64,000 nucleotides of DNA from the human T2T-CHM13v2.0 reference genome, Homo sapiens: NCBI RefSeq assembly GCF_009914755.1, contig NC_060934.1; one strand, 5' to 3'. Positions 11,950 through 28,127 of the stretch are shown in pieces. Under the pieces are notes generated by a model that did no database searches, was not told the origin of the DNA, and was given only the letters and a program-made list of their open reading frames with translations. The translations under genes were made by a program, and so were the position numbers. Numbering within the stretch: position 1 is the first letter of the stretch; every line of letters starts with the position of its first letter.

Positions 11950-14900
11950 TCCCAAGACTTTTCTACACTGTCTTATTCTTAACGTAGAAGACAGTTTGGC
12001 TGGGGAAGGGCCCAGGATTTGAACTCTCAGCAGCCAATGTCTCTAAACATTTAATGGACCTAAACAGGTATTTTAGCACTAAATCTCTAAATGTAAGTCT
12101 CCTTTGGGAAAAATAAAAAATAACAGTAAAAAGTTTCACAGTAATAATACCTACTATATACTGAACTCTTTTTATATACCATCTGTAATGCTAAGCACCT
12201 TAGCAGCATCTCATTTAACCCTTACAGCAATCTTAGAACAAAAATAATATTATCCCTCTTTACAGATGAGAAAACAGGCTCAGAGCTCTTTATAGCTAGT
12301 GAGTAGCATAACTAGAATTTATACTCTGGTCTATCTAACTCCAGAACCAGTGTTTTAACCCATTAAGCCTCTCTCCACTCCTATGCAACTCCATGCACTA
12401 ATTTATAATAAACTCTACCCACAAAAGTTCCAGGAGTGCCTATAGTCCTTGATTATTTTCTTCAATTCAATTCAACAGACTTTGAGATCTCAATACTTTC
12501 CAAGAGAACTGTGCTAGGCTCTAGGGATACAGAGATGATGAAAACCCAGTAGATACTCACAAGAGGTACATAATAGCATTCATCACATTCTGTATCATGT
12601 TATACGACACACCTTCCCCAGCATCTGCAGAGTTAACAAAATTACTAAAATCCCCTTAAATTCAGTTAAAGAATTTGGATTAGAGGACTAGCATGTAAGT
12701 GAACCTATAAAAACAACTATAAATGTTTCACATACTTGGAAAAATAATGACAGGAAAAAAATATCAGTAACATTTCACACATTGTAATGTGGTAATAATA
12801 GACATAGTGTTATGAATTGTTACTTGCCAGTTCTTGCTTACAGGAAATTTTATAGGTCTACTGTGATTTGCAGTTTCAATAATATATTTGCAAATAGTTT
12901 TTACTCCATTTTGGATCATACTAATACTGAAGACAATTATTTTTTTCCTCTCTGGTCCTTCATTCAAATGTATGATGACTTTCTGATTTTATGTCCCAGA
13001 AATTACCACTACTTCCCAGGTAGGGGCTGACTTCCATTAGCGTGCAGCTCTGAAGCCACTGTTTCTTGACCTCATCTTCATTTACTTTTCTCAAGGAAGG
13101 CTTCTCTATAAAAGCTTCTTCTCTTGCCTGCCATCTACTTCACCTCCTTTTCCTAAAATCAACTCTTACCTCCAATTCCTTGTGTCTTGAATATTCTGTG
13201 GCGGAAGAAATTCTCATTCACATATATAGAAACGGGAAGTCCTGAGGTTGCTGAAAGACCTCATCCCACCTTGTTTTAAGCATAATATGATCTTGATACC
13301 TGCCAAAGGTCAACTGTTGGTAAAGCCACAAAACCATAGTGCTAAAATCCCCTTTCAAATCCTCATCACGCCTAATCTTAAGCATGTTGGGAGAAAACGT
13401 TGCCTTTGCAGAAATGCTTGCTTGATTCTGAAGATTCATGTGGTCTGATGGTGCATCAAGGCAATTAGCATCTTTTTCATTTTTCAAAATTGTTTACTTT
13501 AGTGGCACCAATTAGCTAAAAAAGGGTGTGGACTTTAGGGTTCCAGGATTAGTTGTATTATTTCAGTGTAACAAGTAAGTTTTTGGTTATTACTATAAAG
13601 TCCAATTAAAATAAATTTGACCATTAAAGGCAGGAAAGTTGAGTTGTGGCAAATTAGAAATCAACTAACATCAAGAATTTCCCACAAGGGATTTCATTGG
13701 GAGAATTATTTGTGTCTGGCCTTATGACTGCAGTAAATTCTTTGGAGAAAACAAATGTTTTATTCTTACATTCTTGTAACTCTCACATAACCTACTATAT
13801 TATTTTCTACAAGATAGACACATGTTTATTAAACCGACATTTAGGTCAGGGAAGCTATCATTATACCTTTCTCTTCGGCAACCTGCAAACTGGGAATCAT
13901 AAAAATCATAACACATAGGACTCTCAAATCCACTTTCATCTAACAAACCCGACATTTTTAAAAATTATAATACTTCAGTAAAGCACAGTAAGAGAATACA
14001 TAAAGAATGACAAAGCCACTCTTTTAGATCTCTTGAAGGTGAGATTCAAGCAGAGATCCATGATCTGTCTTAAGTGAAGGAATGAGCCAGGTAACTTTCA
14101 GGAGGAAGAAACTTCCAGACAAAGGGAATCCAACTGTCAAGCCCTTTGAGACAAGAGCTCGATTTGATGTGTTCTAGGAATAGCAGGAAGGTCAGCATGG
14201 CTGCATGAGCAAGGGGAGTGGCGGGAAATTTGGGAAGCAAATGGGACCAAGGAAAATTGGGTCTCGTAGACCATGGTTAGGACTTTGAATTTTATTTTAT
14301 GTTTGATGGGAAATGTTAGCAGAGTTTTGACAAAATCTACCTTCAGTTTAGAAAGTTAGTGTTAAGACTTCCCAGTTAATTAGTATGTAAACCATTTTGT
14401 TGTATTAAATAGTACTTTATGGGTTCCCAAATAGTAAACGCCTCCCATTCTCATCTCTTTTTCAGTTTTCCAAAAAAGGTATTTCTAATCTTAATAACTT
14501 TAAGATTAGGGGAGCTATGTATCAAGAGCTGTTTCTATAACATAAGTAAACATTACAGATTTTTAATTAAAGTAATTATTGTTTAGAATCTAAGGAATCT
14601 TTATGGTTAAAAGTAAAAGATCCCTTTTATGCCTTCTTATCTCATCTCAGATAATCTAGATTTTCCTTTAAAATTACAAGTGGGATTTCCTTAGTTGATT
14701 AAAAAAAAGCCACAATTTTTCTAGCTGAAAATTATTTGTTATTTCAATAGATATGCACACATATATGAAATAAAAGCTTATATTGTAGAAGGCATATACA
14801 AATAAAATGACTTATTTTTCCCCTTAGAAAACAAGTTTATTCGGGGATTTTTTTCTCTCCCACTTTCTCCTTGATAATAGTGGAGATGAGCTTTGAACCT

Positions 14901-15912
14901 GTCTTTCTGAGCTCAACAGCTGGCTTCTTAGCTGGCTTCTTAACAATTATACATTCCTGCTGTGGGCTCTTAGACAAGGAGAACTTCTGGGGCACAAGCT
15001 GTTTTTGTCTTGTCCTGTCCTCTTACAAAACTTGAGAAACTCACTTTTCTCCTCACCACTTTTGGTGCTGATCAGCTCACTTCACATACAAAAGTTGAAA
15101 CTCCCTAAGTTTTCAATGTTGAATAAAGAAAAATGTGTTTCCCCCTCAACCCCAGAAAATCTCCTGTTTGACTAAATGCGTATGTTTCTTGAGTGTTACA
15201 AGCTCCAAGGGTGCTCAAAGGAGGTTGTCCTTTAATATTGCCTTCCTTCTCTGGCAAGACCATACCTTCCTACAATGACCTGGTATCCTTTGCTATCTCT
15301 ACATTCTTTCCATGTCTAAACTCATCCCTTCTCTTGGCGTTAAATACCATGTATATGCAGACAACTCCTAAATTATTATCTCTTGCCCGAGCCTCTCCTT
15401 AAAGGTACATTTCCTGTATTCATCTTCCATCCCCACCTAGATGTCTCATGGATATCGCTAAAGTACCATGTCCAAATAGAACCCTGAAATGTGTCTTTCC
15501 TTCTGCCCCTCTCTGAGTGTTCCCATCTCATCAGCACCACCATCCACTGGCTGGCCTAAGGCAGAATACTGAGTATCAACTTTAATTTCTTACTTTCCTT
15601 CACTGCCAACCTACAAACCAGGAAATCTTTTAGTTAAAAATTTATCTAAAATTCACCCATTAGTCTAATGCAACCATCATTATCACTCCATAAACTACTG
15701 TAACAGCTTCCTTCCAAGATCCAGCTTTCCCTCTGGCATCTCTCAAATTTATTCTCCCATGCTACCAGAGTGGCCTTTTTAAACCCTAATGGTCATATTA
15801 TTCCTCTCTTAAGATCCTTTACCCGCTTTCCATTGTGTTTTGCATAAAATCTAAATTTTTCACCTTGGCCTACAAGACCTGCCTGATCTGGCCCCTGACA
15901 AAGTCTTTACAG

Positions 15913-18102
<2,190 letters not shown>

Positions 18103-18170
18103 TATGCGTGTATATATATATATGTATATATGTATATATGTATATATACATATATATATACATATATACA
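18103..18170. repeat. (TA/TG/CA)n microsatellite at the Tigger4 TA target site
   Basis: tatatgcgtgtatatatata...catatataca. Confidence 0.9.
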
Positions 18171-18934
18171 CCAGGAACTAGAAGATGCCTGAAACATAGT
18201 ATGTACTCAATAAATATGGTTGATTAAACAAATGGATGGGTGAATGAATAAATAAATAAAGGTATACACATTTTCAATCCTGGTGTCTTTTCATATGTGA
18301 AAGTTATCATTTTCTCTCTGAACTTTTGTGACTTAGCACAACATTTTAATTTGTAAAATTACTTTCAATATACAAGGAAAGAATTAGAAAACCAGTTGGG
18401 ATGAAAACGCCTGATGCTCTTCTTGCATATGTTGTTGAATACCAAAATCTTGCTAGGAGTTCATACATAAACAAGGTAGATGGAGAGAGCTGGGAAGATT
18501 GTGAGAATGCAATTTTTTCCCCATTGTCTCTGCCTAGCCTTTCTCATATCACAGAATGACACGATGTTAAATGTGAAACCAGATCTCATTCAGCTCTCTT
18601 GTTTTGTAATATTAAAACTGTGACTCAGAGAGGTTAAATGACTTCCTCTCAAATCCCTTGAAGTTCCTGGCACAATCAGGTCTAAAATATAGGATTGCTT
18701 GACTTTCAGTCCAATGGCCATTCAATTAGTCACATCTCTATTCCTGTATTCCCTGACTTCTCCTCCTCAACTGTACCAGCTTTTCCAATAAAACTTGCTT
18801 GATCTAAATTGCTCTCCCTAGGCATTGTATATTTCAAGACAATCTTTCTGTTTTTTGAACTATATTTCCTTTTTCTGTAGTAACATCAGCTTCTCTGAAA
18901 AACATATCCATTGCCAAAGGATTAATTTTAAGTT

Positions 18935-18984
18935 TGTGTGTGTGCATGTGCATGTGTGTGTGTGTGTGTGTGTGGGTGTGTGTG
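18935..18984. repeat. (TG)n microsatellite
   Basis: Interrupted TG run. Confidence 0.9.
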
Positions 18985-21532
18985 CATCCTTTTACTTACA
19001 GCCTTATAATGAGAACTTCCCAATGTTTAAAGGAATACATCATTTAAGATATGATTTTCAAGAAACGCTTTTTGGGGCCTGTGTCTGCAACTGAAGAGAC
19101 CAAAAGTCTGTAAAAGATTCTTTAAGTCTCCTAAGTATTAGTTCCTGAACTCTTTTAAGTTCTCAGCATTTTTCTTCTTTCCGATTTTTGTGCTACTTCA
19201 CAATGCAACAGTTCTCTGTTGCAAGGTAGCAGTAGAATGTACCTCATTGGACCTGGATTTAGTTTACTCATTCTTTCCACTAAGGGAACAGGGCACCATC
19301 CTGGTTAGAACAGTGGCAGAACACCAGAGTGGTTAAGACCAATTCTCTTATGGAGCATGACATATCTGTTGAAATAACAAGTAGTAGAAAAATTTAGTAG
19401 TTCAGCAGTGATGTAAGAAGAATCTCTTTGAATGAGTAAACACAGGACTCATCCTAGCCACCAATCTCCAGCCAATAAGCACTTTTCAACTGTGTAACTA
19501 TGAGCCAGTGACTACCTTTTCCTCAGTTTCTTCATTTGTAAAATAAGGATACTAAAAGTGACTCTTACAAGATTGCTGTATTAAATGAGTTAATACATAT
19601 ATAAAGTGCTTAAAATAGGGCCTAATCTATAAGAAGCCCTAAATACATGTTTGTTGCTATTGTAAATATTATGAACAAATACCTTTGATAAGGGTTTAAA
19701 TGAATCAGCCTTGTTTAAAAGTCCATCTTACGCAGTTGGAGTTACTTATTCAAAATTAGGGCCTCTCACTGAGCTCTAAGCTTATCCTCTAGTGCAGATT
19801 TCAGGACCAGCTCTCTGGGATCCTCCCTCATTCTCTCCTTCTTTCTTAAAAATATATATTGCATAACTATTAGCACTGCAAAGCTCTAAGGAAAAATGAT
19901 AACCCTATGTCCCCAATCTAGAGGAGCTTCCCGCACTCAAATTGGGGGAAGTTTTTTTTTTTTTTTTGAATAGATTCTTCCAGGCAACATAGGACCAGGG
20001 ATCCAGCAGGCTTTTTTCTTGTCCTTAATGAGTAGCTCACAATCTTTATCCTTAGGAAACACAGAGCAAATGATATATTACAAATGAGTAGGCTATGTTT
20101 AAATATTTAAGAGATTACTATTTAATTTTAAAGAGTCTCAAACTCTTTAAAACTATAGATGAAAGGTCCTACTTCCAACTTTCTACATCAGAATACCTGA
20201 GGATGAGACTAGGCTTTTTTTTTTCCTTTTTCCAAATCACATATAATTCCCACATGCAATCTGAAAAAGCAACCAAAATGCAGAATCTTAGGTCCCACCC
20301 AGGTCTACAAACTAAGAATCTGCATTTAAACAAGACCTTCAGAAGATCTGTATAGACATTAAAAACGGGAAAGCACTGGCCTGTGGCAGTCTTTCTTTCT
20401 CAGGATGGTGGTAAACAGATCACCCCTATGTCAGAACCACCTGGGATGCTCCTTTTAAAAAGTATACTTTTGTATCCTACCATAGACTGAGTGAAACAGA
20501 CTCTCTGGGTTGGAGTCCCTTGAAACTGCATTTCAAACAAACTTCTCTCCCTGACACTTGGGCAGTCTAAAGTTTGAGAGTTACCAGAGTAGCATTTAAA
20601 AGCACTATATGTTTTGTCATTTTCATGTATATGATCCCTTCATGAGGCTAAAATCACTGAGCAAGACATACCTAGAGTTATAAACCAATCAAACACTGCA
20701 TTTGCACACACGGAGAGATATATACACACATGGCATTAGAAATAACTGCAAATAAACTGTCTTTAATACTAGATCAAAACTATCCAAGAAGGTTCCCCTG
20801 AGCATCTGCAATGAAATGCAGATTAACCAGTTAATTGTGTCAGAGGAGAGAGAGAGTAAATTATGTATAATGACATCATTACACCTCTTGTACTCTTGTC
20901 TAAACATTCCTTGCTTGTACTTTCTTGAAACATCATTAAAAATCCATTTGATTCTAATAAGTTACTTCCAATACAAGTAAAAGTACCTCAGTATTTATCA
21001 GATGTGAAAAGAAAATAATCAAATCATCAAAATATGTTATTATTCCTCTTCTTCATAGTGATAGTCTTTACTAATATTTACTAAAGGTGAATCTCCCTTC
21101 AAATACCAAGCTGAAAGGCATTACTCTGGTCATGTGGTTCCATAAAAGAGGCAGTCAATCTTTTGGATATTTAGAAAATCCAATTGAGTACAATTTTCTC
21201 TTTTTCTCTGAGTGTTTGTCATGAGAAAAGCACAACTCAAACTCGATTTTGTCCAAATTATCCTTGCAAACATCCAGATACTATGAAATGTGTATTATAT
21301 TCATCTCAACTTAGATCTAGCTAATATTTTAGAATTACAAAATACTTTGTCTTAAACTATTAAGAATATCAACAAGAATAACACATAGGACTTTATTTTT
21401 TCTGACTTAATGCTCCCCCAGGGAGTTGAACAGACAAAACAGAAATATATTAACAGGGATAGAAAATTGCATCTGAAAAGCATGAGTAACTTTTAACATC
21501 TTTGGAACTCTGCTTTCAGAAAGGTGATGTAC

Positions 21533-21553
21533 CTCAGAGTATAGGATTCCCAT
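21533..21553 (-). CDS. ANKRD22: ANKRD22 exon 1 coding portion (MGILYSE)
   Basis: Minus strand reads gaccagcATGGGAATCCTATACTCTGAG|gtacat: strong Kozak (A-3, G+4) and a phase-0 donor that joins exon 2 in frame. Confidence 0.93.
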
Positions 21554-22420
21554 GCTGGTCCTTCACAGGCTTACTTCACCTCTACAGCTCCTTGAATCTT
21601 CTGGAGGTATTTCTGATGAATATCAAAATCCTTCCTGGCTGAGAGGAAAGTCCCTAGAAGTCCAAGCTGGTGGCAAGCTCCAGGAGTGCTTTTCTAGCAA
21701 ACACCTGTCAGTGCTTTTCCAGCAGCTCAGGCAGCAGCACACCTTCCAGAGAGCCCAGCCCAATGAAACAAAGGCACTGGTGTCATGTGTAACGACCCAA
21801 GCCTGTATCATCTAATGTTACAACCCTGAGGAGCCGGTTTCTGAGTCATATTTGCTCTGCCAGTGGTAACATGCAGGAAAGAAGGAAGCAAAGTTAAGGG
21901 AGGAAGAAAAGTTCTTACATTGGCAGGAAGGACTCACGGTTCAAACCAAGATACTGTATTTCAGACATTTCGTAATCAAAATCTGGTTTTCAGTGGCCAT
22001 TGAGAAAGGCTAGAGACCAACAAACTTACTTGTGAGAGCCACACGTGTCTGGCAAAGAACTTGAAAAATAATCTTCAAAATTCTCAGCCTAACAAGTAAC
22101 GCTTTTCCAGCTATTTATGCAGTTTTGTAAACTAATAAATTTACTAACATAATAAATCTTAAGTTGTTTTAAATATTCCAATACTATTCACACATTTAGC
22201 CAAATTACTTTATAATATTCAATTTAAAAATCATAAGTCTAAAATCAAATACTCTGTTATGCATTTTAAATTGCATCATCAATTTATTTATCAAACATGC
22301 TAGTATGCCCAATCTCTTAAATATTGTAAACATTTTATATGCTATATATGATATCATTCACACATTTTCCTTGAACTGAATACAATCACATCAAACTTTC
22401 CCAGAATTGAAACACTCGAC
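21554..22420 (-). promoter_or_regulatory. ANKRD22: ANKRD22 5'UTR and non-CpG proximal promoter (TSS probably about 21.75-21.8 kb)
   Basis: Lies upstream of the ATG; AP-1 TGAGTCA 21842-21848, C/EBP-like ATTTCGTAAT 21967-21976, GAS TTCCCAGAA 22398-22406. The exact TSS cannot be read from sequence. Confidence 0.6.
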
Positions 22421-22435
22421 TGTCCACACACCCAT

Positions 22436-22953
22436 TATAACCATGGGACCAGCCCAAATGGGCCGTACTTTGTTGATAACAAATGTCAATTTACTCTGTA
22501 GATATAACAGAGCCAAAAACTGTAAGTCATTTAGCCCAGGCATGCACAATAAAAATGTTTTTGCCTCTAACAGAACCTAGAACAAATGATCCCTCCCCTG
22601 GGAACCAAGAAGACAAGGACATGACGGGAACCTAAATGCAGGACCTCTTTCAGAAGCTAGGGGCTCATTGGCCCAAAAGATCCAGGGCTGAAATCTGCCT
22701 CAACATACCTTACCTTTAGTGGTCAAATTTGAAGCCCTTCAATCAGTCCCTGCCAAACCAACATTCCTAAATCCTTTCCCTCACCCTCTAAGCCATACAT
22801 TTTCTCAGATTCCAAACTGGGGAGGCAGATTTGAGCCCACCTCCTGTCTCCTTGCTGACCTGTCTTGCAATAAAGTTTTTCTTTCCTCAAAACCCAGTGT
22901 CCAGATATTGGCTTCTGTGAGCAGGGGGCAGCAAGCCTATTTGCTCAATAATA
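22436..22953 (+). mobile_element. ERV1 (MER4-group) solo LTR directly upstream of ANKRD22
   Basis: t(a)taaccatgggaccagccc...gcaataaag...ttgctcaataata; 4-bp TSD-like ccat/tcat. Confidence 0.75.
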
Positions 22954-23702
22954 TCATGGAAGAAATAGTTCAACCATCTCAAACCAATTGATGTGATTTT
23001 CCCAATCAGTTGAGGCTCCTTAGTGGCCAGAAACTAGTGACCAGGATACTAGGCCTGTGCTTATAAATATTCAGGGAAATTCTTCTTACTCCACTGGTGG
23101 ATATACTGAGCTATTTTTATAATTATTTCAAAGATTTTATGTTTCACTATGCAGTTGACATCGAGGCCAGCCTCTCTGGAGTTTAAGAATTAGCTAATTC
23201 TTCCGTTGGAGGAGAGGGAAGTCTGCAATACCCACTAAAATTGCAGCTGACTTCCTCTTTGGCTTGGTTTGATTTTGTATTTCTGTAGACTCTTAAGACA
23301 TTTAAGTGTCTTCCCATTGACTTAGAAAAACATTAATGGTATATCCATTGGGTACTTCACTCTGTTATGCAATATTTTGTAACCTCTGGTAGCCTCTTTT
23401 GTAACCTCTTTCAACTAATTTGTGTGGACAGAACTCTTCACTGTCATTGCTTCTCTCCTAAGGTTGCTGCTAGCTTTCTTCTTCAAGCTCTTTCCTCCCT
23501 GACTGAGCTCTAAATGTTTCTTTAACTTTCAGTCAGGATCAAAACTCATTTTATTAGATTCTGCATCTCTTGACAACATCTGGTTCTAAAGGAACAGTAC
23601 TCATTATAATTGCAAATGATGTAGGGTTAGCTCAAAAAACAAACCAATGAAAAAAGCAGTTGACTCATTGTTATTTGTAAAACACTTGGATTTAACTCTA
23701 GG

Positions 23703-24060
23703 CCATTGGGTCTCAACCAGGGGTTATCTCGCCCCCAGATAGACTGCAGATTTAGCAACGAAAAAGATAAGATGTTCAGTTAAATTTGAATTTCAGATAA
23801 ATTTCTGAAATGTCATATGGGACATACATACACTAAAAAATTATGTTGCTTAATGGAGAACGTCGTTTTATTGGAAACTAAAGACATTTGGCAATGTCTG
23901 GAGACATTTTTGGTGGTCACAACTAGGAGTGGGAGCATGGTACTCTAATGTGGGGAGCAGAGGCCAGGGAAGCTGCTAATCATCCTACAGTGCACAGGAC
24001 AGCCTCTCAGAGCAAAGAATTACCCAGCTCAGAAGAGTGCTAATGTAGAGAAACTCTAGT
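23703..24060. mobile_element. MER20 interrupted by MER53 (about 23739-23880)
   Basis: MER20 halves (tctcaaccagggttatctcgccccc | gacatttggcaatgtctggagac) flank cagatttagcaa...cagttaaatttgaatttcagataaa. Confidence 0.7.
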
Positions 24061-24581
24061 CTAAGCCAAAAGGAGAATTAAAGGTGAAGGAAGAGGACTT
24101 CGTAAACTATAGTGTCAAATTGGAATACGGAGGCATATTGTCAGAATGAAGTTGGATAAACAGATATATTTTTAAGTGTTTAGGGTTCTTCCTCTGGCAA
24201 TTTTGAGCCTATAATTACAAAGACAGGTAAAGAAAAGAAGTTCCAGAAAACAGCTTTCACAGGTAAATGTCTTCTGTCAAGAAATAACACTGTCAAGAAG
24301 ACAAATGTCTTCTGTCAAGAAATAAACCTAGTGTTTAATCTGAATTAAACACTAGGGACTTAAAATTAGTGGCATCCTTTGATCCTGGCTGTAAATGCAG
24401 CCAACCTCCACTGACCAGCAGCCAACTGTCTGTGAGAGATGAGTCTCTTGTAAGGTGTATCCCAAAGACTTCCCCCCAAGAGGGGTTCAGTAGAGCATAA
24501 CAAAGAAGTATAGTCCACAGAAACTCAGTTTTACGCTGATATCTTAATCCTTCAACATTATCTAACATTGTCCAACATTGA

Positions 24582-25666
<1,085 letters not shown>

Positions 25667-26027
25667 TTGGCTCCCATTGGAGAGATTTGAGTAGAGGAGT
25701 GTTGTAATCAGAATTTTATTTATATAATAAAGCTCACTCTGGCTGTTGTACAGAGAGTGGATCTGAGGCAGGAAAAAAGAAACAGCAACTAGTTAGGAGG
25801 TTATTGCATTAGGTCAGCTGCATGATAATAGTTACCTGGGGCAGAAGAGCAGCAGTGTGGATAGAGAGAATAGGATAAACTCTAGAGTTTAGGAGGTAGA
25901 AATAACAGACTTTGCCAACTATGAGTTATTAAGCTATCTCCTAGCATTGAACACACTTTTCTATGTTTGGTTCTTCAATGCCTACCCTGGCATTCTGCAA
26001 GCTAGCTTTTTTTTTTTCCTACTGGTA

Positions 26028-26488
26028 TGTGGAGACAAAATTAACTTCATCTTGGATGCTAATCCACCATGTTGACTTCTCATTAACCCCAGTCCCATAA
26101 ATGCCTTCGGATTCCTACTTTATTTACTGTCCTTAGTGTAAGAACACATACTTACTGTAAATCCTGCCTTTAGACCAAAGCAAACTTGATGTTATCACAC
26201 AAATATAGGTTATGATGCACACAGCACTCTTGCCTGTTCTGGGGGGTTGTCTTTAATTGTCTCTATAGAGCATGTATCCCCTTTCCTTATGATATATAAG
26301 CCCGGGGTCTGGGGTGTATTGGTGTGGAGATCTATTTGTCTTGCTACTGCAGGCCACACTTCTGTCTGTAAGTTCCCCCAATAAATTACCCTTTATCAAA
26401 AAACTGATTTTGTCTGCCTTATTATTTGGTTTCTTGGCTCCTTCCTTGTTTGGAGATTGCTTTGCATATATGACCCTTTCTTGAAACC
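26028..26488 (+). mobile_element. LTR47-type ERVL solo LTR, nested in an older LTR33-like element (about 25925-27015) within L2
   Basis: tgtggagacaaaa...catcttggatgctaatc...tatataag...caataaa...tttcttgaaac; TSD-like tggta/tggtc. Confidence 0.7.
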
Positions 26489-27704
26489 TGGTCTATTTTC
26501 TAAGGAGCACTCCATGTGAGATTACAACGCTAAAGAGGGAGAAAGAGATCTACTCATTTCTATATGCTTGCAATCCTATCGGCCTCATCCCACCAATAGC
26601 TCTTCATCCAAGAAAAAGCAATTGATCGAGCTTATTTTCCACATTCCCAGAACCAGCCTATTTATACCTTTCAGAGGTGCCCAGCACTAATTGTTTCTCT
26701 CCCCGAACCCAAATTCATGCAATTCCTTCCTTGCGATTCTGAGGTATGAGCAGCTACCAAGAAATGGCCCCTCCTCAAGGCCTGGGGCCCAGAATTTCAA
26801 GGCCCTTTTCTCTCCTAAGTTCTAATAACCCCAACCTCACTCTGTTCCCTCAGTCCAAGGGGTGGTAGCTGTTCCTGCAATTCTATCTCTGTGTTACCTT
26901 AATATTCTCTTTTTACTTTCTAGTCTTCCAATACCTACTTAACCAATTCCAGACATTCAATTCTTTGTGTTTAAATAACTAGGTTGTTTTCTTTACTTAA
27001 GTTGGACTAACATAGTACTATGGAGATGTTTAGAAGCTAGAAATAACAGAATTATCCATCTGATATAAGATACATGGGAAATGGCAGAACAAGGATAATA
27101 TGCATGTATCTGGCTTTGGAAATTTGGTAGATTTTTATCTTTCAAAGAAAACTCTGGAAGAGCAAGATTAGGGAAAGCCTGGGAAGAGATGATTAGCTCA
27201 GGTATGCACAAATTTTATTTAAGGAACATATTTCTAGCACACTAAGTGGAGATGCCAATAGAAAGCTTGTTATATGATTCTGGAGTTTTAGAGTAAGGGT
27301 TACACTAGAGATTAAGCTTTTTGAGGGTCATTAGCATTAGATTAATAATCCTCAATGTAAGAAATAGAAGAGTTGGGAAACCTTATTAAAGTTATTTTTT
27401 TCCTCTAAAACTTTGTAAAGTCCTTGGTTGTACAGAGTTATTTCTTCTTTAACTCACTCAAGGACATTTTTTATTGTATGCCTTTTAATGTTGACAGTTA
27501 CTATTTAATTAAATAAGTACATTTGCTAATCAGGATGTTTATGTTTCTGAGTTTTAAGCATTGGAACCCTGCTATCTTTTTCTATTTTTCTCTTACTTGT
27601 GGAGGCTTTTTGATTTTGAATGTTAACTTTAAGTTAAGTACAGGAGTCAGAGGCCAAATTGCAATAGTAATTATTGCTTTACACTAACATAGGGTCTTTA
27701 TTCC

Positions 27705-28127
27705 TTTTAAAAGGTAAACTGAGGCACAATAAAACTCTAAAGAGTTGATTTGAACAAATAACAATTCATGTATTAGACAGCACCAAACCAGAAGTGGTTT
27801 GGGATCTCTTTGGAGGAAATGCAAGGGGAACAAAGATGAACATGGAATTAAAGCAAAGAAAATATTTGATTGATTATAGTAATGCAGTTGCCTTATTTGG
27901 TTTATTCTGCTGAAAAGTCCCTAGCCATATGCTAATTAGGTGGTGACTTCTGATTAGCTAACTTTAAGTTTCCTTTTTCTTTAATATAGAGATTTAAAAG
28001 AAAAGGCCCAAATAAGTTTTGCTTATGTTTGCAAATCAAGCAAGGTTAAGGTCACTTATGAGGCCTGACTGACTTTGTGTGCTCAGGGATTCTTCAGGCC
28101 TGGTCTCTAATTTAATTCACTTTAACT
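27705..28127 (-). mobile_element. ERV1 solo LTR (MER57/MER93-like), inverted relative to 11543-11949
   Basis: Shares long reverse-complement blocks with the 11.5-kb copy, e.g. ctcataagtgaccttaaccttgct and tttgcaaacataa. Confidence 0.78.

Noticed and set aside
21623-21811. 62-aa ORF as an ANKRD22 uORF
   Set aside because: Its ATG lies at or beyond the probable TSS; inclusion in the mRNA cannot be supported from sequence
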